Positions 9,301-17,706 of a DNA stretch of 64,000 bases are shown here, piece after piece. The notes beneath the pieces are model-generated. The model had not been told where the DNA came from. It was given only the letters and a program-made list of their open reading frames with translations, and did not search any database. Source of the DNA: Candidatus Acidiferrales bacterium (GTDB lineage Bacteria > Acidobacteriota > Terriglobia > Acidiferrales > UBA7541). The stretch covers positions 15,994 to 79,993 of the forward strand of contig DASUAV010000174.1 of NCBI GenBank assembly GCA_035763605.1, read 5' to 3'. Within the stretch, counting starts at the first letter, position 1. The number at the start of each line of letters is the position of its first letter. Made by a program: the position numbers and the translations under genes.

Positions 9301-9931
9301 CGCTCAGTCCGCGTCCTCGCTCGTTGATCCTCAGGAAGCGTGCGCGACCGACGGTTTCCACGGATTCGAAGAGAGTGAAAGGCGCGGGAACAAAACCTTC
9401 ATGCGCAAGATAGAATGCAGTGGCAATGGAATTGAATTCGGCATGAGCGCCAGCGAGGAGCGCGGACTGCGAGGCAAATGCCAATCCGGAACCGAGCTGC
9501 CGGATTGAAATGTCCTCGCATCCGAATTTATCGACTGCTAAAAATATGCTTTTCGATTCACGGTCAACGAGCACAACACAGAAATTGCCTTCCAAGAGCG
9601 CAAAAGCGGAGCTTCCGTGCCGCTGATAAAGTCGCGCAATGCAGGAGGGCAAATCGGAGGGACCAATGTGACGCACTTCCGTATGCCTTCCGAAAGAGGT
9701 ATCAGATGCAAGCAGAGGCTTGCCCCAAACGAATACGATTGGACGCTGCGGACACGTGCGAGCCGCATCCCAGCGACAGAAATCGCCGTGTGCTGCCGCA
9801 TTTACCCAGATTCGCAGGCATGGCGCACTTGAATCGAGCGCCAGCTTCCATTCAAATCCATGCGGTGGAAACAAAGCTTTCGGACTTTTGTGTTCTGGCC
9901 CGATAAGTCCCATAAATGCGGGATAGCTCAT
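6338..9931 (-). CDS. fusion: AsnB-like amidotransferase domain (no Cys2 nucleophile) + Wzx/MOP-family polysaccharide flippase
   Basis: One uninterrupted frame spans 6338..10063 (1241 aa from a GTG inside the neuB-like gene). The first ATG outside that gene is 9931 (MSYPAFMG...). The N-terminal ~680 aa carry 'LEGNFCVVLVDRESKSIFLAVDKFG' and the PP-loop 'ILLSGGIDSALLANLL'. The C-terminal ~480 aa (from about nt 7800 down) are multi-TM with a Wzx look ('LLTRALGPAGFGAWSLF', 'YAKYGLPLLPG'). There is no stop between the two halves. Confidence 0.8.
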   Translation of the reverse strand: MSYPAFMGLIGPEHKSPKALFPPHGFEWKLALDSSAPCLRIWVNAAAHGDFCRWDAARTCPQRPIVFVWGKPLLASDTSFGRHTEVRHIGPSDLPSCIARLYQRHGSSAFALLEGNFCVVLVDRESKSIFLAVDKFGCEDISIRQLGSGLAFASQSALLAGAHAEFNSIATAFYLAHEGFVPAPFTLFESVETVGRARFLRINERGRGLSVESHRYWRLSPQSRGIASYKAVREFSSLLDSAIQPRIGHANGILLSGGIDSALLANLLAKHGSQCPLAVTASVRGHAESENETMAACELSTTLGIAHRAICVDPNDEALPEEWSACCGSWTVGVRTTLPLFARMAAELKSHFGGAYSAFSGQMADTLADNNYTLPSAGYTLRRLFFSPLFLRMMPILRAIAPREDGLAGRLLARTVQACAGARGASMFASLLGGFSSMERFYAGRVFGFGEMPGAAPLSFPLLTALGFESVWEWYATNFVMPAVSRLTPAAFYREMLELSLDMCMLHLDTRLVFHAIRLGGGHAEMPYLDSRIVNLFVNLPYRMRAFYRRPKYIIRNQFAQHGFLSSRPQSAKNGTARTREQKPNRNGSFEALLLGGTLGHYFRELLKTPTVFARAPRLFEFVDEQYFQKQRNSFLRGESDIDHKLISRLAALELWSRQLSRTVVAEAAISASSLRENNSLMNHQQAATAILPLPGDSLEVAASSPASSAAKRKFVRDIAFSNLPVPFQKLQTYLWLVLLTRALGPAGFGAWSLFMVTLSSATTISTLNCGSSLMRFLSGPRQEKEVNEAFTTVLLMVGVAGAFLGVAFLLFSNQATYWIFRSKQSTRLVALLAVALLFNSLFEEMKNLLRARRCNRSWAWLSLARIAPETLAVIAAALWFKNTESTVSAYVFVSVCSVCTGMIYLKMKHAISLERPSRRTFVKYAKYGLPLLPGVFASTLSLGADKYVISHFLGLKQVGIYTVCFAISAAVFFLTGPINDVLFPELSALYDGRNWPAFRERFRSAQKFVLAFAFGMAAILMALPRQVLRLVAPAEFAAGSATLAVLGIQGIFMAMVLLYVVILNTRMRVWSSTCFWLLSGAAIILLDVFFVPRIGILGAAFSQLIATAAGSFALIGIHWKLFRETFETKRLAQLSFCFLAVRVVGLLAGNQSEMVFRDISLLGVSAVIFAGCLYCTGYFTLPELKGFAAALFERHA

Positions 9932-9971
9932 GCAATCGTCAGAGAGGAACCGCGTACATACGCGATGTAGA

Positions 9972-11099
9972 TCATGCAACTGACATTTGAGACCGATCGA
10001 GGAACTCCTGCGAGTTGCGCCCATGGTCGGACGATTCCAACATCTTCCAGGTGATGTACTCACCTTTGGAAACCGGCCTTAGCAGCCTACGACCTATCAC
10101 TTCGTCCAACTGGCAAGGGAAAATAGCGTCTGAAGGAGCAGGCCGCAGAACGTCAATATCGCTGCGTTGAAGCCGAATGCCGACTGGAAGATCAACGGAA
10201 GCACGCAAACATCGGCGCTGCAAAATCACTGTTTCAATTTCATTCGTCGCGACGAATTTGTCTTCCGAGCCAAGCGCGCGCTCTAATTCGCGAGTACGCT
10301 CGACCATTTCAAACCACGTTTCAAGGTTCATCGAAAAAGGATGATCGGGGCCTTCGCGCGTGATGTCGTCGGTGAAATGCTTCTCGATGATTTTCGCCCC
10401 GAGAGCAACGGCACCAAGCACAGTTGCATGTCCAGCAGTGTGATCAGAAAGTCCAAGAACTGCATCCGGAAATTCGGCGCGATAAGTCCGAAGCACATTC
10501 AAGTGAATGTGATTTATGGATTCCGGTTCGCCCGTATAGTTCGTGTTGCATTGCAGCAGCGCAATTTGAGTATTGTTTCCGCGGACAGTCTCAATCGCGC
10601 GCCGCACATCCACCATATTCGAAGCGCCAGTCGAGAGAATCACCGGTTTGCGTTTTGCCGCAACATGCGCAAGCATCTCGGTCCAGGTGATGTCGCCTGA
10701 GCCGATTTTGTAGGCTCCCACATAGGGATCAAGCATGTTCGCCGCTTCAATATCGTAAGGCGTGGAGAGAAATTCGATGCCCGCTTCGTCGCAGCACGCC
10801 TTCAATTCTGGAGTCCATTCCCACGGAAGCGAGGCAGCGCGATAGACTTCACAAACGGGCTTGCGCCATTTCGCCTGGTGCGAAAGCTGAGTGCCCAGCG
10901 AGCGAAATCCAAAATCACTGACGATTTTCTCCGCGCGAAAATGCTGGAACTTGGCGGCATCAGCGCCTGCCTGCGCGGCGAGGCGAATGAGGTGTTTGGC
11001 GCGCTCCAGCGAGCCGTCGTGATTCGCGGAAATATCCGCGATGAAATAGACCGGCGAATCGCCGCCGATCGGGCGGTCACCGATTTTGAAGCTGGGCAT
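9972..11099 (-). CDS. NeuB-family nonulosonic acid synthase (N-acylneuraminate/pseudaminate/legionaminate synthase-like) with SAF domain
   Basis: 375 aa. 'MPSFKIGDRPIGGDSPVYFIADISANHDGSLERAKHLIRLAAQAGADAAKFQHF' is the classic NeuB N-terminus. The C-terminus 'LRPAPSDAIFPCQLDEVIGRRLLRPVSKGEYITWKML' is SAF-like. Confidence 0.85.
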   Translation of the reverse strand: MPSFKIGDRPIGGDSPVYFIADISANHDGSLERAKHLIRLAAQAGADAAKFQHFRAEKIVSDFGFRSLGTQLSHQAKWRKPVCEVYRAASLPWEWTPELKACCDEAGIEFLSTPYDIEAANMLDPYVGAYKIGSGDITWTEMLAHVAAKRKPVILSTGASNMVDVRRAIETVRGNNTQIALLQCNTNYTGEPESINHIHLNVLRTYRAEFPDAVLGLSDHTAGHATVLGAVALGAKIIEKHFTDDITREGPDHPFSMNLETWFEMVERTRELERALGSEDKFVATNEIETVILQRRCLRASVDLPVGIRLQRSDIDVLRPAPSDAIFPCQLDEVIGRRLLRPVSKGEYITWKMLESSDHGRNSQEFLDRSQMSVA

Positions 11100-12237
11100 G
11101 GGAACGTCTCCTTGCGACTGTTGAGCCGAGCAGGCATTCGTAAGCTTCCGATAATTTCGCGAAATTGCGCCGCCAATCCGCTCTTTCGCGACCGATTGTC
11201 ACATTCGCGCGGCCGGCGACAACGCGCGCGGCATCATCACGCATCGCCAGAATTAGTTTCTCCGCGAGCTTCTCCGAGTTGCGGACAGGGAATAGCCAGC
11301 CATTCTCGCCATCAGTCACCCATTCACGATTGCCCTCGTTACGTGGGACGACAACCGGCAAGCCGCACGCCATCGCTTGCAACAAACTGATGGAACTGCC
11401 GTCGCACGGCGCGGCGCTTGCGTACAAATCAGCCTCCGCAAAGTAGTCCGGCAGCATCTCTTCGGGAACGCGCCCGGCAAGATGGATTTTGGATTCAAAG
11501 TGATTTGCCCTGATGAATGTTTCGACGGATTTCCTCAAGCTGCCGTCGCCGAGCATGAGAACGCAAGCATCCTCCTGTTGCTGCAATAAGACTTTGATCG
11601 CGCCGAGAAGCACCGATGTTCCGTAAGCCGGCTCAAGCGCGCGCACGGTAATCACCACCTTGCAATCCGTCCAACCTAATCTGTTGCGCAAATCGAGCGA
11701 TGAAGGTCTTGGCCTGAACTTGTCCAGCCCGACTCCCCACGGAAAAGTGAAAATCCGTTCCATTGGAAGAGAACCGTACTCAACAATTCGTCGGCAAACA
11801 GCCCGGCAATCCGCGATGGCTGCGTCGGCGCGGCGCAACGTGAATTGAGTTATGTGACGGAGCGCATTATTTTTCTCGGCCGTTACAAGCACATCCGAGC
11901 CCCAGGACATTACGAGCAGCGGATGAAATCCGCTGAGCGCAGCGAAAAATCCGCCAGTCTGCACCGGCCCAGCGTGGATCAAATCAGGAGCAACGTTGTG
12001 CACCAGGCGATCAAACCGTTTTGCGGCAATGAGCCAGTTGCGCCTCCCAGGCGATAGTTCGCCGCGAGTCAATGGCGGCAGCCAGCGAATCGGAGCGCCC
12101 ACGCGCGGCAAATCCTTCTGAATAGACGCCTCTGCACAAGGCAGAAAAACAATCTCATGCTCCATTTCCGCCATGCGCTCAAGGAAGCGCCGGTCATGCG
12201 TGCAATATCCCTGCGAAACGTAAAGAATGCGGGCCAT
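11077..12237 (-). CDS. glycosyltransferase family 4 (GT-B, group 1)
   Basis: Internal ATG 12237 (MARILYVSQGY...) lies 2 nt after the upstream stop, so the 445-aa longest ORF is an over-extension. The C-terminal 'LYASAAPCDGSSISLLQAMACGLPVVVPRNEGNREWVTDGENGWLF' is the EX7E-type GT4 block. Confidence 0.8.
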   Translation of the reverse strand: MARILYVSQGYCTHDRRFLERMAEMEHEIVFLPCAEASIQKDLPRVGAPIRWLPPLTRGELSPGRRNWLIAAKRFDRLVHNVAPDLIHAGPVQTGGFFAALSGFHPLLVMSWGSDVLVTAEKNNALRHITQFTLRRADAAIADCRAVCRRIVEYGSLPMERIFTFPWGVGLDKFRPRPSSLDLRNRLGWTDCKVVITVRALEPAYGTSVLLGAIKVLLQQQEDACVLMLGDGSLRKSVETFIRANHFESKIHLAGRVPEEMLPDYFAEADLYASAAPCDGSSISLLQAMACGLPVVVPRNEGNREWVTDGENGWLFPVRNSEKLAEKLILAMRDDAARVVAGRANVTIGRERADWRRNFAKLSEAYECLLGSTVARRRSHAQLQNR

Positions 12238-12239
12238 GC

Positions 12240-13184
12240 TTACGTCGCTGCGCCGGAGCGGACGAGTCTCTCGATACCTGCATCTCCGGCCAAATACCCG
12301 CCGAGAGGCATCGTCTCGCGCATCATCTGCGTTTGCTCTCTTACCGAAGGCATCGTGCGACCGAGAAATCGCGAAAGTTTTTCCGTCGAAAGAGATGTGT
12401 TCTTTGGACGGCAAGCGCGAAACGGGAACTCATCAACGGAAACAGGATGAATAATGGACGCGTCAAGCTGAAACGCCCGAGCAAGCTCTATCGCGAATTC
12501 GTATTTCGAGCAGGAATCTCGCGCTCCCAAGTGAAAAAGTCCGCGCGCATCGCGGCGAATCAGCTCCAGAATGATATGAGCCAGTTCGTCTGTGAACAGC
12601 GGACTGAATCGAACATCCGTAAAGCCGCCGAAGCCCTCGCCTTTTATAAGTCGTGCAAGCATCCATTCGGCAAGACCGGCACGGTGACCATGAGACCATC
12701 CAAAGAAGTTCGTGCGAATGATGAGCGCATTGGGACAGCTTGACCGGACGAACTCTTCCGCTGCGAGCTTTGTGCGCGCATAAACGTTCACAGGAGCCGG
12801 ATCATCGCTTTCGCGATAATTGCCGCGTGTTCCATCAAAAACGGAGTCGGTGGAGATCAGGATGAATTTCGCGGCGTCCTCGGACGCCCAACTGGTGAGC
12901 ACCTTCGTGGCTTCCACGTTGACAGCCCACGCGCGGCTCTCATCCCTCTCGCACTGCTCCACATCCGTCAGTGCCGCGCAATGAATAATGAGCTGCGGGT
13001 GGACCTTGCTCAGAAACCGCAGCGTTGATGAGGCATCGGTTAGATCGAGGTGCCTGTGCCGCCACTGCGCCGCCGGAGGAATGATCGTTCGAGAAATTCC
13101 AAAGAGTTCGTGTTCATTCAGAGATTCTCTGGCGATGCAGCTCCCCAGCAGACCAGTCGCGCCCGTGATGAGCAGTTTTGCCAC
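12240..13184 (-). CDS. RmlD-like NAD(P)-dependent sugar reductase/epimerase (extended SDR)
   Basis: Starts 'MAKLLITGATGLLGSCI' (Rossmann GxxGxxG). About 314 aa with the RmlD substrate-binding-domain look ('YARTKLAAEEFV' YxxxK). Confidence 0.7.
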   Translation of the reverse strand: MAKLLITGATGLLGSCIARESLNEHELFGISRTIIPPAAQWRHRHLDLTDASSTLRFLSKVHPQLIIHCAALTDVEQCERDESRAWAVNVEATKVLTSWASEDAAKFILISTDSVFDGTRGNYRESDDPAPVNVYARTKLAAEEFVRSSCPNALIIRTNFFGWSHGHRAGLAEWMLARLIKGEGFGGFTDVRFSPLFTDELAHIILELIRRDARGLFHLGARDSCSKYEFAIELARAFQLDASIIHPVSVDEFPFRACRPKNTSLSTEKLSRFLGRTMPSVREQTQMMRETMPLGGYLAGDAGIERLVRSGAAT

Positions 13185-13205
13185 GAATACTATTTCAGCG
13201 GTCGT

Positions 13206-14027
13206 TCACCATGCCGTGTATCCGCCATCAACAATCAGGTTTTGGCCCGTAACGTAAGCCGACGCATCGGAGGCAAGGAATACCGCCGCGCCTTTAAGGT
13301 CGTTCGGCCCGGCCATGCGCCCCATCGGAGTTCGCTCGGCGTATTTTTCCACGAAAGGGACGGGCATGGATGGAGAGAACAATCCTCCGGGACTGATGCA
13401 GTTCACGCGAACGCCGCGCGCAGCAAAATAAACAGCGAGATAGCGCGTCAGTTGAATCATACCGGCCTTTACAAAGCCGTAGCTCGGCGGATTGGTCATT
13501 TCTGAATGGCCTTCGTAAATTCGGAAATCAGGGCTCACGATGCCATAAATTGAGGCGATGTTCACGATGCTGCCGGCGCCCCGGTTCGCCATCAGAGCGC
13601 CGAAAATGCGGCAAGCACGGTAAAGCGGAACCGAATTCTCTCCCACGGCTTGCGCCCAATCCGCATCGGCGTGCTCGTCCATCGGCTCCGCTTTAACCAT
13701 CACCGCATTATTGAAAAGAACGTCGAGTTTTCCATAGTTCGATTGGATCTTCCCCGCCACGTCCAAGACCGATTCTTCGTTCAGCAAATCGAGCGGCAGC
13801 GCATCTGCCTCATGCCCTTGCGACGAAAGCTCATCCGCGAAATCCGCGCATCTGTCGTAATTTCGCGAGGCGACGATTACAGTCGCTCCGGATTCGCCCA
13901 ACGCCCGGCAAATCTGCCGTCCATAACGTCCAGCGCCGCCAGTCACCAGCGCGACGCGATCTTTCAGCGAAAAAAGATCTCGAACATGAACGTTTGGCGA
14001 GACAGTTGCTGTCGTTCCAATACTCAT
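13206..14027 (-). CDS. SDR family oxidoreductase (classical short-chain dehydrogenase)
   Basis: 'VALVTGGAGRYGRQICRAL' (TGxxxGxG), 'NNAV' and 'YGFVKAGMIQLTR' (YxxxK), with the C-terminal 'SDASAYVTGQNLIVDGG'. ATGA overlap with the upstream gene. Confidence 0.85.
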   Translation of the reverse strand: MSIGTTATVSPNVHVRDLFSLKDRVALVTGGAGRYGRQICRALGESGATVIVASRNYDRCADFADELSSQGHEADALPLDLLNEESVLDVAGKIQSNYGKLDVLFNNAVMVKAEPMDEHADADWAQAVGENSVPLYRACRIFGALMANRGAGSIVNIASIYGIVSPDFRIYEGHSEMTNPPSYGFVKAGMIQLTRYLAVYFAARGVRVNCISPGGLFSPSMPVPFVEKYAERTPMGRMAGPNDLKGAAVFLASDASAYVTGQNLIVDGGYTAW

Positions 14028-14782
14028 GTCGGAAAAGGCTGATGCAAGTGCGCGTTGTATTGTGCGAGGCGCGGGTTCGCGTCGAGAAATCGAATCACAT
14101 CTTTCAATCGCATGTGGTCACCGCCCGGAACGCTCTCATAAATTCTGCGAATCAGGCGCAAGTCTTCTTCGTGATCCACAGTCAAAAAATAATTCGGACG
14201 CTGGATGTCAGCCGCAGAATGTAATTCGACGCAATGGAATTCGCTGTGCTTTTTTGCGTAAGCCGCGAAGTATTCGCGCCCATGCGGATCCGTCAAATGG
14301 CGGTCGCAATATTCCAATACCGAACGGCTCGCTGCTTCCGCACCGGCTCCATATGGATGCCCATCGCGATGCATGTTATGAACAAGAACCGGTCGGATGC
14401 CGTTGCCGCGCTGCTGTTCCATCAACTCCGTTATCAGCGCGTCCAGACCTTCCGGATCCGTGAGCGGATTATCACCAGTGACGCGGACAAACTCGCTCAA
14501 TCCGAATGCATCCGCCGCACCCAACAATCTCGCAGTGAGGTCGCGTTCCGGGCCGCGAAACACCTTCACTCCCCATAGAACGCAGCATTCTTCTATAACG
14601 TCATCCTGCGACTGGCCAGACGTGGCGACGATCACTTCTCGAGCCCGCCGGCAAAGCGCCATCCGATTGCACAGCCGTTGCAGCAACGGTTTCCCGCAGA
14701 TTGGCACAAGCGCTTTGCCGGGTAATCGCGTGGAACCCATTCGCGCCTGCACCAAAATCCCGACTCGCCCGCCGTTATGCAT
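14024..14782 (-). CDS. cytidylyltransferase (SpsF/acylneuraminate cytidylyltransferase-like, CTP_transf_3 type)
   Basis: 'GILVQARMGSTRLPGKALVPICGKPLL...VIVATS...RVTGDNPLTDP' matches the SpsF/KdsB/NeuA-type nucleotidyltransferase N-terminus. Confidence 0.75.
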   Translation of the reverse strand: MHNGGRVGILVQARMGSTRLPGKALVPICGKPLLQRLCNRMALCRRAREVIVATSGQSQDDVIEECCVLWGVKVFRGPERDLTARLLGAADAFGLSEFVRVTGDNPLTDPEGLDALITELMEQQRGNGIRPVLVHNMHRDGHPYGAGAEAASRSVLEYCDRHLTDPHGREYFAAYAKKHSEFHCVELHSAADIQRPNYFLTVDHEEDLRLIRRIYESVPGGDHMRLKDVIRFLDANPRLAQYNAHLHQPFPT

Positions 14783-16043
14783 GCGCCGCGCGGCAAAGCA
14801 GGTGCCGGTGCTCCATCACCTTCTGCATGGCATTCACGATATCGTCCATATCTGCGCCGGTCGCGGGGGATCGCACGATACCCGTGAGCATCACTTCGCG
14901 CTCATAAAGCCGCTCCGCCGTCGGACAGATTCCGCGCTCATAGCTCGCGCTTCCGCGATAATGCTCAAAGGCGAAGTGCTGTCGGTTCTGATAGAGCGGC
15001 GCGAAATACAGTGGACGCACATAACCTGCCGAAAAAGGAATGCCTTCCGCATTCATCGCTTGTACAAAGACCTCTCGCGGAATACCCGCCTGCGCTTCGT
15101 CGTACTTGAGCGCATAGACGTAATACACATGTCGCGCATTCGGCAGCGCCAAGGGAGGCTTAATGCCTGGAAGCCCCGCAATTCTCTCCGAAAGATGACT
15201 CGCCAGTTCGATGCGTATCTCATTCAGGATATCCAGTTTTTTCAATTGCGCGATGCCCAGCGCCGCTTCCATTTCCGTCATGCGGTAATTCCAGCCGAGC
15301 ATCGAAGAGGAATAGGTCCGTTCCTTCTGCCCTTCGGCGATCATTTCTCCATGATTGCGCACCATGCGCGCCTGCTCAGCGATTCCGGCATCATTGGTGA
15401 TGAGCATGCCGCCTTCGCCTGTGGTGATCGTCTTGCTTTCGGTAAACGAAAAAATGCCGCAATCGCCAAACGTTCCTACAAAGCGGCCATTCCATTTCGC
15501 GCCGGGCGCCTGCGCGCAGTCCTCAATCAGCCGCAGATTGTGTTTTTTCGCAACGGCAATGAGCGCATCGAGATTCGCCGGATGTCCGAAGAGATGAACA
15601 ACGATGATCGCCCGCGTAAGCGGCGTTATGGCGCGTTCGACCGCGTCCGGATCAAGGCCGAACACGACGTCATCAATATCCGCAAAAACAGGAATCGCAT
15701 TGTGCATCAGCCCGCACGTAGCCGTGGAAGTGAACGTATACGGCGGCACAATCACTTCTCCTCCGGGTTGCACTCCCGTTGCGACAATAGCCGCGTGCAA
15801 AGCCGCTGTGGCTGAATTGAACGCTACCGCGTATTTCGTCCCGTGATATTCCGCGAATTGCCTCTCAAACTCTTTTATTTTTTGCCCGCCATTGAAGTAT
15901 TCTCCGGGCGCGGCAATGAATGTGGAAAGCCTGCCAATCTCCAGCACTTCCATCACCGCTCGCTTTTCCTCTTCGCCGATCACCGGATGCGCTGGAAACG
16001 GTTTTGTCCGCAGCGGTTTTCCGCCCAGCATTGCCAGATTCAT
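14775..16043 (-). CDS. DegT/DnrJ/EryC1/StrS family sugar aminotransferase (PLP)
   Basis: Internal ATG 16043 (MNLAMLGGKPLRTKPFPAHPVIGEEE...) forms an ATGA overlap with the upstream stop. 'FERQFAEYHGTKYAVAFNSATAALHAA' and 'GIFSFTESKTITTGEGG' (Lys-containing block) are typical of the family. Confidence 0.9.
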   Translation of the reverse strand: MNLAMLGGKPLRTKPFPAHPVIGEEEKRAVMEVLEIGRLSTFIAAPGEYFNGGQKIKEFERQFAEYHGTKYAVAFNSATAALHAAIVATGVQPGGEVIVPPYTFTSTATCGLMHNAIPVFADIDDVVFGLDPDAVERAITPLTRAIIVVHLFGHPANLDALIAVAKKHNLRLIEDCAQAPGAKWNGRFVGTFGDCGIFSFTESKTITTGEGGMLITNDAGIAEQARMVRNHGEMIAEGQKERTYSSSMLGWNYRMTEMEAALGIAQLKKLDILNEIRIELASHLSERIAGLPGIKPPLALPNARHVYYVYALKYDEAQAGIPREVFVQAMNAEGIPFSAGYVRPLYFAPLYQNRQHFAFEHYRGSASYERGICPTAERLYEREVMLTGIVRSPATGADMDDIVNAMQKVMEHRHLLCRAAHA

Positions 16044-17125
16044 GAACTCGCCCTCTTCGCTGCGGAATTTGGCAGCAATGAATCCGGTGACGACGAAGTT
16101 GAACGAAGATCTGCCGCGCTTGCTGCGCACAATCTGACGCGCTTGCCGCATTCGAGCGCCGAATGACTCAGCGCGCAAACGATTTCAAGCGCCGCGCGCC
16201 CATCTTCTCCACTGCTCACCGGAACAGCGCAATTCTGGATGTAATCCATCAGGTGGCGCACGCCCAGCGGCAGCAGGTCCTGCGTGAACTCGCCTTCCAT
16301 CGGCAGCGGAGCGGGAAACAATTCGCGATATCCCGAATAACGTTCGCTCTCGCGAGCCTCCTCGAAATCCGCGCAATAGCCGTGCGAACCAATCCTCAGC
16401 CGGCCTTTCGTTCCAAGAAGACTCATTTCAAAGATGGTGTAAGCCGATACATCGCACGCTTGAATCGCCGCAAGAGCTCCGCAGGAAAGGCCGAGCCATC
16501 CGTCTATATTTGGATCTGCGGCGCTGGACGACGCGCACGCACTTACGCGCCCTTCTGCCCACGCGACTTCACCGGCATACAGCCGCAGCAGGTCGAACAA
16601 ATGCGTGCCGGTATTGACGATTCCCGCGGTGTAATAACACGTCGCCTGCTGCAACTTGCCCAATCCGCCGTCGCGCACAAATTGCGCTAATTGCTGATGC
16701 ATCGGATCGAATCGCCGCTGATGATCAATCATCAGAACGACATTTTTTGCGGCACACAGTCGAATCATTTCAGTTGCTGCTTCGACGCTGTCCGCGATCG
16801 GCTTTTCGCAGAAAATGCCGCGCACGCCGTACTCCACGGCACAGCGGGCGATTTCCAGGTGAGAGCTGCTCGGGGTGCAAATGGACACAATATCCAAGCG
16901 CTCGCGAGCAAACATCTGAACGTGGTCCGAATAAAGTGCGGACACGCCAAATTTTGCGCCGTATCGCTGCCGCTTAACTAAATCCGTGTCGCAAAGCGCC
17001 GCCAGCTCAACGCCAGCCGTGGAGAGGTACGCGCGTGCGTGCGTGCTCACGTATTTGCGCCGCGTATCATCATCAAAGCCGCATCCAATTCGCCCGCATC
17101 CGACAATGCCCGCGCGGAGTTTCAT
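16040..17125 (-). CDS. Gfo/Idh/MocA family oxidoreductase
   Basis: Starts 'MKLRAGIVGCGRIGCGF' (N-terminal Rossmann), with 'IFCEKPIA' (EKP motif). ATGA overlap with the GNAT gene. Confidence 0.85.
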   Translation of the reverse strand: MKLRAGIVGCGRIGCGFDDDTRRKYVSTHARAYLSTAGVELAALCDTDLVKRQRYGAKFGVSALYSDHVQMFARERLDIVSICTPSSSHLEIARCAVEYGVRGIFCEKPIADSVEAATEMIRLCAAKNVVLMIDHQRRFDPMHQQLAQFVRDGGLGKLQQATCYYTAGIVNTGTHLFDLLRLYAGEVAWAEGRVSACASSSAADPNIDGWLGLSCGALAAIQACDVSAYTIFEMSLLGTKGRLRIGSHGYCADFEEARESERYSGYRELFPAPLPMEGEFTQDLLPLGVRHLMDYIQNCAVPVSSGEDGRAALEIVCALSHSALECGKRVRLCAASAADLRSTSSSPDSLLPNSAAKRASS

Positions 17126-17706
17126 TTCGTCACCGTCATCGCGCGCGGCTGCAGGTAAGTCTCCCGAAGCGCCTCATATTCCGAACGCAGCAGGCTCATC
17201 CGAATCGCGTCGTAGTATCGAAAATTGCGGTACTGCTCCTGCCGCAACACGCCTTCGTGAACAAATCCCGCCTTCTCATACGCGCGCACGCCGCCAGGAT
17301 TTTCCGCATTCACACCCAGCCATACCTTGTTCAAATTGAGTTTTTCGAACCCATAAACCACCATCAACTTCGCGCATTCCGTGCCGATTCCGCGATTCCA
17401 CACGCGCTTATCGCCGATGAACACGCGAAACTCCGCCGTGCGCATCACCCAGTGAATGCGGTAGAGGCCTGTAGTACCCACAAATGCTCCCGTCTTCCCA
17501 TCGCAAACGGCAAAAGCAATTTCGTCTGGATTGTTGCGGTCGCGTTCCCATTGCGCGGCGAGCATTTCTACGTTTGTGGGCAGCAGGCCCATGAAAAGCA
17601 GGCGCGTCACCTCCGAGTCGTTCAGCCACTCCGCAAGCAAAGCCAAATCGGCGCGCCCCAGGCTTCTGAGGCAGACAACATTCCCTTGAATGAACGTGGC
17701 GATCAT
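17122..17706 (-). CDS. GNAT family N-acetyltransferase
   Basis: ATG 17706 (MIATFIQGNVVCLRSLGRADLALLAEWLNDSEV) gives an ATGA overlap; ATG 17715 is an alternative start. 'RVWNRGIGTECAKLMVVYGFEKLNLNKVWLGVNAENPGGVRAYEKAGF' is a RimJ/RimL-like acetyl-CoA binding core. Confidence 0.8.
   Translation of the reverse strand: MIATFIQGNVVCLRSLGRADLALLAEWLNDSEVTRLLFMGLLPTNVEMLAAQWERDRNNPDEIAFAVCDGKTGAFVGTTGLYRIHWVMRTAEFRVFIGDKRVWNRGIGTECAKLMVVYGFEKLNLNKVWLGVNAENPGGVRAYEKAGFVHEGVLRQEQYRNFRYYDAIRMSLLRSEYEALRETYLQPRAMTVTK

Noticed and set aside
9932-10063. N-terminal extension of the AsnB-Wzx fusion to GTG 10063 (and similar extensions of GT4, DegT, GNAT, Gfo/Idh/MocA, PseB-like, SIS, beta-lactamase and sat/cysC ORFs)
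   Set aside because: The extensions run deep into the upstream gene. Internal ATGs reproduce the usual family N-termini and give ATGA or short-gap junctions. The extensions remain possible but unlikely.
14397-15815. 472-aa + strand ORF, the longest antisense ORF in the window
   Set aside because: It lies antisense to the DegT aminotransferase and cytidylyltransferase, both of which have clear family motifs. Its translation is Arg/Ser/Ala/Pro-rich low complexity, typical of high-GC shadow frames.
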